NCBI RefSeq assembly: GCF_006345805.1
Contig: NC_043002.1
Span: 38,812,001 to 38,876,000 of the forward strand
Reading direction: 5' to 3'
DNA from: Octopus sinensis
Lineage: Eukaryota
DNA length: 64,000 bases
Shown: in pieces, positions 54,033-64,000 of the stretch
Position numbering within the stretch: position 1 is the first letter of the stretch
Layout of the letters: each line of letters begins with the position of its first letter
Notes under the pieces: generated by a model
Seen by the model: the letters and a program-made list of their open reading frames with translations, nothing else
Database searches by the model: none
What the model was told of the DNA's origin: nothing
Translations under genes and position numbers: made by a program

Positions 54033-54733
54033 TAATTTTATAACTACGTGTAAGCTAGTGTTTGGCCTAATATTCTTACTTCTATTTATCTAAAATGATA
54101 TTTACGTCGTTTTTGTATCTGGTTTGCAAGATCCTTTATGTGAATTCGTGTGTTGAATCAGACAAATTTTGTTGTGTCTAGCGAGAGTAATTGTGCCAAT
54201 ATTATTAACACACGCGTTGGTTCAAATCCACTCCTTTACTTTTAGTCAATTCATTAAATATCCAACTAAATAATCGATTGTTAGTTGGATATTTAATCTG
54301 GTGACTAATGATAAAGGAGTGGAATTGAGCCAGTGCGTGTATTAATAATATTGGCTTAATGACTATCCCTAGACACAACAAAAAATTATATTTCCACTTT
54401 TTTATTAAGATTCCTTTCTTTAAATGCGCTGTCAATACCACATGTTCAAGAAATTTGTTTTGCAGCTTCGTCGTACCTGATATCTTGAATAGAATCTAGT
54501 GGATGAAGGATGCAAATCATCGTTGGATAATTAGAAAACCAATGTTTTTCAAACTAGGTTTTTTGTGATATTTGTTCCGCCCTATGATTCTGATTCACGC
54601 CTATCGCTCTCGCCGTCGGAAATGCGATTAGCCAGCGATTAACCTGTTAAAAAAAACTGTAGGCAACGATGCTAAAATATATAAGACCACATCACAATCA
54701 AACTTCAACATATCTACCAATCCGACACAAATC

Positions 54734-54798
<65 letters not shown>

Positions 54799-55984
54799 AC
54801 AAAATAAGAAAATGGAGAAATATATCTAAATCATTCTATTTTGTATTATTAATTTATGGTAAAAATAATTTTACATTTACCCACCTAATACAGTAAATGA
54901 ATTAATTGCATCGCAATTCTTAACATTTATGTATTAGCTTTGTTGGGTACTTCTCTAGCAGTATATTGGATATATGTCATCCCATGGAGGGTGGAATTTA
55001 CAACCCCTATCTCATTATATATATATATATGACGGGAAATACACTCTTATGATATATATATCATAAGAGTGTATTCCCCTCATAAATTATTCAATTATCC
55101 CTTATCAGGATCAGTATTAGATCATTAGATGCCTTGTGGGTTCTGATTTTGTTGACAGAAAAAAGCGCTATGACTATATTTTCTAAAAACTGGTGTAATA
55201 CTCTTTCGTCACTCTTCTTATTTACAATTCTATTGTACAATATACCTTTTAATAAATCCCAAGATACTCATTATTTAGAAAAGGAGAGTAAAATTCCGTT
55301 AACGTAAATGTTTTCTCTTGGCAACCAATTTTCTCACATTCATCATTTAGCATAAACGTTTTGCCTCGACGCATTTCATCTACATAGCAGATGAAATCTA
55401 GTCGTTTCTTAACATTGTCGAAATTACCAGCGTATATATTTAGATCGAGGAAATTATAGATTGCATTGGTGTCGCTTGCTGCTGTAGATATTAATGAATA
55501 AGTTCTAGATTTTTATAAAAGATATAACAGTGTGTTTTGTGCCACATTAAATAGAAGCGCAGAGAAATAACCTTATTAGAATGGTCCCCTCGGAAAATCT
55601 ATAAAGAGAGAGAAAGAGATATCCATTGTGTTTTCAGTTCAAGTGTGGAGTTGCTTTGATACCAAATCAGCTACGATTGAGTAGCCCTATTATTAGATGC
55701 TCCTCTGCGAAGTGGGTATAGCCTAGTGATTTGGTTGTTGAACCTCCGATTGCGAGATCATGGTTTCAGTTCCTGGACCGGGTGGTGCGTTGTGTTCTTG
55801 AGTAAATCAATCGTCTCATGTTGCCCTGCAAGCACTTCGATACTTGACGTGTGGTACGCTGTGACCCGATTCAGACAACGTGGATTTGATGGAGGAAGTA
55901 AACTGATGTACATCACCAATATTTGATCTCTATAAACACATCATTTGTGCAGGTTGTTAAGTGAGAAATTGCAGAATCGTTAAG

Positions 55985-56402
55985 GAAGGCGAGCTGGCAG
56001 AAACGTTAGCACACCAGGCGAAGTGCTTAACGGTATTTCGTCTGCCGCTACATTCTGAGTTCAAATTCTGGCGAGGTCGACTTTGCCTTTCATCCATTCG
56101 GGGTCGATTAAATAAGTACCAGTTACGCACTGGGGTCGATATAATCGACTTAATCTGTTTGTCTTTCCTTGTTTGTCCTCTCTGTGTTTAGCCCCTTATG
56201 GGTAGTAAAGAAATAGGTATTTCGTCTGCCGTTACGTTCTGAGTTCAAATTTCGCCGAGGTCGATTTTGCCTTTCATCCTTTCGGGATCGATAAATTAAG
56301 TACCAGTTACGCACTGGGGTCAATGTAATCGACTTAATCCCTTTGTCTGTCCTTGTTTGTCTCCTCTATGTTTAGCCCCTTGTGGGCAATAAAGAAATAA
56401 GA
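55985..56402 (+). mobile_element. tandem SINE family B with Tx1-like tails
   Basis: Two bodies each ending tttagcccctt(a/g)tggg(t/c)a.taaagaaata. Confidence 0.85.
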
Positions 56403-57266
56403 AATTGCAGAATCGTCTTTCTCAGACTACGAGAGACTAACATCAGCACATATGCTTTTCTGTCATGTTCTCCGTTTTTTATTCACGTATCTCATTTCTG
56501 ATAATCCGTTATGTAATTCAGTCTAACAGTGTACTGGATGACTAATCACTTTAAAGGAGGTAATGTGATTTAAGGGGGATTTGGCTGCTATATCTAGAAG
56601 ATAGATTGACCAAATAAGAGATTCCCTTGACGTGGTAGACCAGTTTATTTGTTAAATTTTAAATTCTAATAAGGATGTAGACACTATCAACATGAACAGT
56701 GATTCCAAGAGGTATAAGTAGAGGATTCATTAAAATGCTTTCGTTACATCGCTTTGTTTTGTTTTTCCTTTGCTTTGTGCTGTTGTTTTTACTTCAAATA
56801 TAATAGTGTTATTAATTAAAAGTTGCTTGGCACATTCCCACGCGTACACGCATATTTGTATCTACGCTTGTGTCTTTGTACGCTTGCAAATCTATACAGA
56901 CATCTACAACCGTATAATGCGTGCGTATGTTTCTCTTTGTGTATAATTACGTTAATGTACGTTTATGCGGTATTGTTTTATAACCACGGTTCATTAATAG
57001 TGCGGCATGCTGGAAACATTTCAAATAAGAGGGAAGGATATAAAAACAAAAAAAGCAACACTCTGAGTGCATACAATTTAAGTTGATATTTCATTGTTTA
57101 TATTGTTATTTATTAATATTTAAAATTTCAATTAGAGAAGTTTTAAATTATTAATGATTATATACATAAGCGTGAGTAAATACGCGTGCATATATGTGTG
57201 TTGCATGTGTGTGTGCGACGTGCATGTTTGTGCGTATATTAAAGTATTTAACTGTAATGAAAAGCA

Positions 57267-57322
<56 letters not shown>

Positions 57323-57768
57323 AATATGGCGGTGATATCTTTCTCTTCAAACTTGCGTTTAATTAAAACAGTCTTGAGTGATTCCATTTCTTTCTTCTAC
57401 AACTCTATCAGCCGTTCTCTTCTAAAAAGAGATCCTATGCCTATCTCTCCACTTAGCAAGTAATAATATGGTATTACTTTCAAATTCGGCTCGCGGCCAG
57501 ACAAAAAAAATAAAGAAAATTGGAAAAACTGCCAAGCAACATTCATTATATCTGGGATAATCTCGTCCCTAAATTGACTGTTTATTGGGGAATGATCAGT
57601 GGCGCTCCTGACCGAAGAATCCGCCGAACAGTTTTGGCAATCAACCAGTTGGATTTCTATCACCCTTTCTTTCTCTCCTCTTCTCTTCTCTGCCTCATCT
57701 CTGCTCTCTCTCTCTCCTTGTCTCTTTCCCTCTCTGTATCTCTCCCTTCTCTCTGTCTCTCTGTATAT

Positions 57769-57836
<68 letters not shown>

Positions 57837-58217
57837 TCATTTACCTCTATCTATCTTCTCTATTTACCTTTTCTTTCCCTTTCCTTTTTCTCGTCTATTC
57901 CCCTTCATATATATATATATGTATATGTACACGTACACACACATATAACATATATGTGTATGTGTGTGTATTGTGTGTGTGTGTCTGTGTGTGTGTGTGC
58001 GTATGTGTGTGTGTGTGTGTGTCTGTGTGTGTGTGTGTGTGTACGTCTACAGAATTCCGCACATAAGCTATTCATCAATCCAAAGCTAGAGAGGAAAATG
58101 CTTGCCCAAGGTGCCCTATTATATACATACACGTTTATGTGATTGTGCGTGCGTGTGTGTGTGTGTGTGCGCGCGCGCGCGTGTGTGTATGTATGTATGT
58201 ATGTGTGTGTGTGTATG

Positions 58218-58265
<48 letters not shown>

Positions 58266-58343
58266 GCTTTCTACAGTATATCTGCTTCAAGAAAAAATTA
58301 CAGAATACTATTTTGAATTATATTGTTTCCGTCGCTAATAATG

Positions 58344-58492
<149 letters not shown>

Positions 58493-59003
58493 TTATGTAC
58501 ATCTGTATTCACACGTATATGCGTAAAGAGAAATAGTAATTTGAAAATAAAATCCGTCGTTTTCGACTATGAGTTCTGAGTTTATACAACCAGCGGAACC
58601 ATCTACTCGTTGAATTAACTTGTAAGTGCTTGAGTATAACACAAATTCATGCACCCTTAAGGTCAAGCAAATTTCTTCGTCAACCATATTTCTTTCACTA
58701 GATTTGAGTCGTCCTCAGACTTTGGTGAAAGGCACCCCAATTTTCACGCTGTTGGTTTGAAATACATACGTATGTATACATATATTATATTATATTATAT
58801 TATATTATATTATATCGTTAAAGATTCTGTGGTGTGTCTAAGGTCAGGAAATATTGATGCATTAGATGTAGATAAATTCTCATCAATTATTAACGACATT
58901 TAAACTAAGGGTGCGGGGCTAACCAAATTATTTTTCATCTAGCTATCCATACATACATACATATATATGTATACACACACACTCACACGCACACGCACGC
59001 ACG

Positions 59004-59065
<62 letters not shown>

Positions 59066-59067
<2 letters not shown>

Positions 59068-59260
59068 AAGGGAAAGTTTACGAAAATAAACAAAAGACGA
59101 AGGCAGGTGGTATACAAACAGATGTATTAGTATAACGCTCAGGAATAGAAAAAGTCTTTTATGTTTCGAGCCTACGCTCTTCTACAGAAAGATACACAGA
59201 AAAAAATAAGGAGAGAAACAAGAAGAGAAAAAATGTGTGTAGTAGCTAACGATCTATCAT
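59066..59260 (-). mobile_element. ~195-bp element with CUGUAGA hammerhead-like fold
   Basis: tcttt|ctgtaga|a-gagc-gtag-gctc|gaaac-ata|aaaga at 59155-59192; inverted partner at 60287-60472. Confidence 0.6.
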
Positions 59261-59994
59261 GGCGTAGTCATTGCACGGTGATCGCTATAAGCTTTAGGCT
59301 TAAATAAATACCATTATTATTATTATTTACAGTATTGTAAAACCCGGCGCCGTATAACAAAACCATTCGCACTGAAAGCAATAGAAAGTTTCTTTACAAA
59401 ACAACTACGAACTAATATAGTTCTTAAATTTGATAGAAACGGGGAGGCTAATTCACTGGTGTAATAGTAACACACTAAATCGCGTTAACAAAGGGATGTG
59501 GGTTCGAGTCTCACGCGGATAGAGAAGCCTACTTTCTCTGTCGAGAGCTTATATGCCACATTATTAGACTATTTTTATTAGTCATTGTACGGTGATCGCT
59601 ATTATTTACAGGATTGTATAACAAAATCATTCGCACCGAAATATATATATATATGTATGTGTGTGTGTGTGTGTGTCTGTGTGTGTGTGTCGTGGTGTAT
59701 GTGTGTATAATTTAGAGAAAAACCTTCATTAAACAATTCAGTAATGAAAGATGTTATTCATACCATATAGAAAACATACTATAAAAAACTTATTCTAAAA
59801 CTCAAAAAGGAATAGCAAATGGTAATAAAAAGACTACGCTCGTTTCGTGGCTATATTTTCAAATAGATAATAATAATAAAATCAAATCGATCTAATTATT
59901 GTGTGTGTGTGTGTGTGTGTATGTGTGTGTGTGTATGTGTGTGTGTGTGTATGTGTGTGTGTGTGTGTGTGCGTGTGTGTGTATAAAATATATA

Positions 59995-60262
59995 TTAAGA
60001 AATCTGCATATGGTGAAAGTAGATGTCTTCGAAAAGGACCTAAACTTATTCCTTTCCACAATACCGGATGAACCAGCAGCCCGACATGAGGCGCAGACGA
60101 GGACAGCAGAATCAATCTCCCTTATACACCAAATGGACAACAGCTGGGACAAAGGCACATGCAGGAGTGGTGATGTAAAACACCCCAGACCGAGGAAATC
60201 AGAAAGATTATGGTAGGGCTCCAGCATGACAAGAGCCGCACGGCTGAAACTAGTAAAAGAGT
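59995..60262 (+). pseudogene. CR1-group LINE 3' end
   Basis: LRNLHMVKVDVFEKDLNLFLSTIPDEP...SISLIHQ then tail gctccagcatg...ggctgaaactagtaaaaga. Confidence 0.7.
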
Positions 60263-60286
60263 ATAATATATATATATATATATAAA

Positions 60287-60472
60287 TGATTGATCGTTAG
60301 CCACTATACACGTTTTTTTCTCTCCTTTTTTTTTACTGTGTCCCTTTCTTTAGAAGAGCGTAGGCTCGAAACGTAAAAGACTTTTTCTATTCCTGAGCGT
60401 TATACTAATACATCTGTTTGTTTTGTACACCACCTGTCTCGTTTTTTTGTTTTTTTCGTAAACTCTCCCTTT
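60287..60472 (+). mobile_element. second copy of the ~195-bp hammerhead-like element
   Basis: cttt|ctttaga|agagcgtaggctc|gaaacgta|aaag at 60344-60379. Confidence 0.6.
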
Positions 60473-60484
60473 ATATATATTTAT

Positions 60485-60521
<37 letters not shown>

Positions 60522-60524
60522 TAT

Positions 60525-60611
<87 letters not shown>

Positions 60612-61348
60612 ATGTATTTACATATTTATGTGCCATTGGTATGTTGCATGTATAGGAACTCTCTCCCAGTGCATGACAGCAATAATAACAGGCGTTTATC
60701 AGATGTGCATAATATGCAGATTTTTGTGCCATTTCTCTGTGGTTTATATATCCGAAGTATCTCCTTCTTTACTTGGATCCCGTTCTACATTCTTTCACAC
60801 TCCAGGCATATTTAGGTACATTTGTTACATGCAACCATTGCATATCACAATCACACACACACACACACAGATACATATACACGTACAGACACACACACAT
60901 ACATACACGAACGAACTAATACTCATTACCCTCACATTTTTACATGTGTACGCTACATAAACTCCATTATGCATTACATGATTTCCATTATATACAGAAA
61001 TATGTAAACGTTCGCTCAAACATTTACTTATTACCAACAGCTAGAATTAGACATGCACTGTCTTAACACATTCGTGTAAAACATAGATCATATCTCCAAA
61101 GATAGAGTAAAATACAGAGACAGAGACGGCGAGAAAGAAATGTATGAATTTCAAAAAATGATATAATACAGACGAACATACTGAAATACGAAGATCGAAG
61201 ATGCACTTTTCTTGAGATTCCAAATCAAATGGCTTCTATCAATTCCTGCAGTACACCATAATTCCATAGCAAAGCAGTTTCATTTATCAAATCTCTTCTC
61301 TACATCAATCTTTTCTCTCGTTGTTGTTGCTTTTCTTGTTGCTGTTGC

Positions 61349-61839
61349 TTCTTTCTTCTTCTTCTTCCAATCAGGACTCATGCCATTAGCCACAAAGAAT
61401 AATCTCTAATTCGAGCCTATTCTAAGCTACTAAGAATGCGTGCAGCAACTTGAAGATCCACCCACCACACGCGATAGACTGGCGGTTGCACGAGCTACGT
61501 TGTTATCCTCATTCCGTAAACGGTGGCTTTTAACGGGTGGAGAGCTGAACCATCCTGGTGTACAGAGGATTCGCAATCTAGACTAGGGTCTGAAAGTTTA
61601 CCGCACCGTAGTGGATTACACCATGGTTCCTCTGCTTTGTGGCAGAAATAAGAAGAAGGAGTGAGAGAAAGTTGTGGTGAAAGAGTAGAGCGGGGTTCAC
61701 CATCCTCCCCCCGCCGGAGCCTCGTGGAGGTTAGGTGTTTTTGCTCAATAAACACTCACAATGCCCGGTCTGGGAATTGAAACCGCACTCTTACGACTGC
61801 GAGTCCGCTGCCCTAACCACTGGGCCTTTGCACCTCCAC
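61349..61839 (-). mobile_element. SINE family D copy
   Basis: Colinear with 49308-49822. Confidence 0.85.
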
Positions 61840-62689
61840 TGCTGTTGTTGCTGTTGCTTACTTACAAGTCCTGTTGAAGTTGGCTGCTGAAGACGTTCCA
61901 GTCATGAACATCTATAATTTTACGGTCCCTAGTACTACTTGGACGACATCATCCTATAATGTCGTAGTTTTAAACGTAACGCCATTTAAATGATTTCTAT
62001 ACTTTTAAAATTGTCCACTTAGAGCCGTGATTTCCAACGTGGGACGCATGCCTCACCGGTGGGGCATGGTGATATTTTGGTGGGGCATGGTAAAATTTTG
62101 CTGAGGCATGCATAGAGTTATGCTGAATTTATTCCTTTTGTTTGAGTTATTAAATGAATGAGTTATTAAAAAAAATTTATATCCCTTCTGTGGACAACTT
62201 TATCGAATTTCGGAAGACAACAGGTCGTTTTCATCTGATGTCACTAAAGAAGGAATAGATTATTTCCTTCGATTTAGTGGTATGTGAAAACATGTACGTA
62301 ATTACAAACTCGTATGTGTGCATGTGTGCGATAGAGAATGTGTATGTGTATGCGTGTGTGTATGCGTGCGTGTATGTAGTATAGAACTGGTCAGTACTGA
62401 AAGCAATGCTTTCTTAATTCCCAGTGGAAAAATAAACTGGAGACACACTTATATGTGCGAGTGTCTAAAAGTATTGACTCTTTTATCTCTGGTGACAAAA
62501 ATCTAGGTACACAAGAAAAATGTGGTGCTGCAGAGTGGGACAATAAATGGTGCTGGGGATGAAGGATGAAAGAATTGAATGGTGTGGAATGGGTTGAAAT
62601 GGAGTAGAAGTAATGGGTAGCATCAGTGAAGGAAGAGAAAGAGGCACAGAGAGAGAGAAAGAGGCACAGAGAGAGAGAGAAAGAGAGAC

Positions 62690-63042
<353 letters not shown>

Positions 63043-64000
63043 TTTATAGTACTGGTAACGCTCACATACACGTATATATATGAACAGAGATGAAAATTAA
63101 CAGGTCATTTTATTCCCACCAGTCAGTTTGTGAATTCAGCAAAAAGGTACGAAAAATCTTCTACCATTGATACAAAGGCTTTTGCAGCTGAGAAGGTTCA
63201 CTGAATATTTTTTTAGCATATTTTCCGAAAGTTTATACTGTAATCTTTTTGAAGAAATTGTTGAAAAAATTTGCTTGAACTAAAATCTCTTCGTGCTTGA
63301 TTCAAAAATACATAAAATGAGTAGTGCAAGTTTTAAAAAATTCGTCGGTATTCAGATGAACATTTAAACTTTGGATTTATACCCGCTATCCACGATAAAC
63401 GGTTACCGAGTTATGGGCGAAAAACTCAGATCTTGTGAATTTACCGAAGACCTCTCCCCACTCCCTCGGAAAAGATTTCTCTACAAATTTCTTTATAATC
63501 GAAATCTATGCTGTTTGAAAGGTATTTCTATAAAATTTCATTTAAAAAAAGCATTTTCCTAAATGCCATGAGGGAAAACTCGGATCTTGTGAATTTTCCG
63601 AAGTCCTCTCTCTACCCTACACCCTGTTACTTTCCTCGCATTTTTTTCGTATTCGTTTCCTACACATTTTTTTACATCCGTTGCACTTTTTCTTTTTATA
63701 TTTTGTTTCTAGGTAATATTGTAAATATTAACCAAATTTTGAATAACAAGGAGGCATCAGGATTTTAGAAATTGTTCGGTGGGACATGGCCAAAAATCGG
63801 TTTGGAGCCACTAACCTAGAGTGTTCGATGTTTGTTATTGATAATGATGATGATGATGATGACGACGACGACGACAGTGATGATGATGATGATGATGCAG
63901 CGATGAAGACGGCGGCAACGACGTCGATGATGATGAGGAAGATATGAACTTCAGATCAGCCATTCAACTTTCTTTTGCTGTAAGACAATGGCTCACGGAA

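Noticed and set aside
57397-57840. 147-aa ORF with a non-repetitive middle
   Set aside because: Starts in microsatellites; no recognisable domain or convincing splice signals
63420-63612. ~40-bp direct repeat aaaactc(a/g)gatcttgtgaattt..cgaag ~154 bp apart
   Set aside because: Only two diverged copies; probably subterminal repeats of an unidentified DNA transposon relic

Overview
AT-rich, microsatellite-saturated eukaryotic non-coding DNA. The SINE repertoire and (TA)n/(TAGA)n density suggest an octopus-like cephalopod (inference). No intact host gene is supportable; nearly all long ORFs are microsatellite artefacts. The window holds transposon remnants: a Tx1/L1 RT, R4-type RLE, RTE and CR1 LINE fragments, a Gypsy LTR element, Tc1/mariner relics, a Penelope GIY-YIG endonuclease fragment and several tRNA-derived SINE families. 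The main signal is a dense set of non-coding elements, mostly in (TA)n tracts, that carry minimal type-I hammerhead ribozyme folds (about 15 intact or decayed motifs from several families). They occur as tandem plus inverted (fold-back) repeats, which fits Penelope-dependent, retrozyme-like elements. Examples are a ~492-bp tandem/inverted array with four identical hammerheads, and hammerheads with recurrent catalytic-core variants (U3:A8, U4C, A6U, possibly G3:C8). All folds were read by eye and none was tested computationally.
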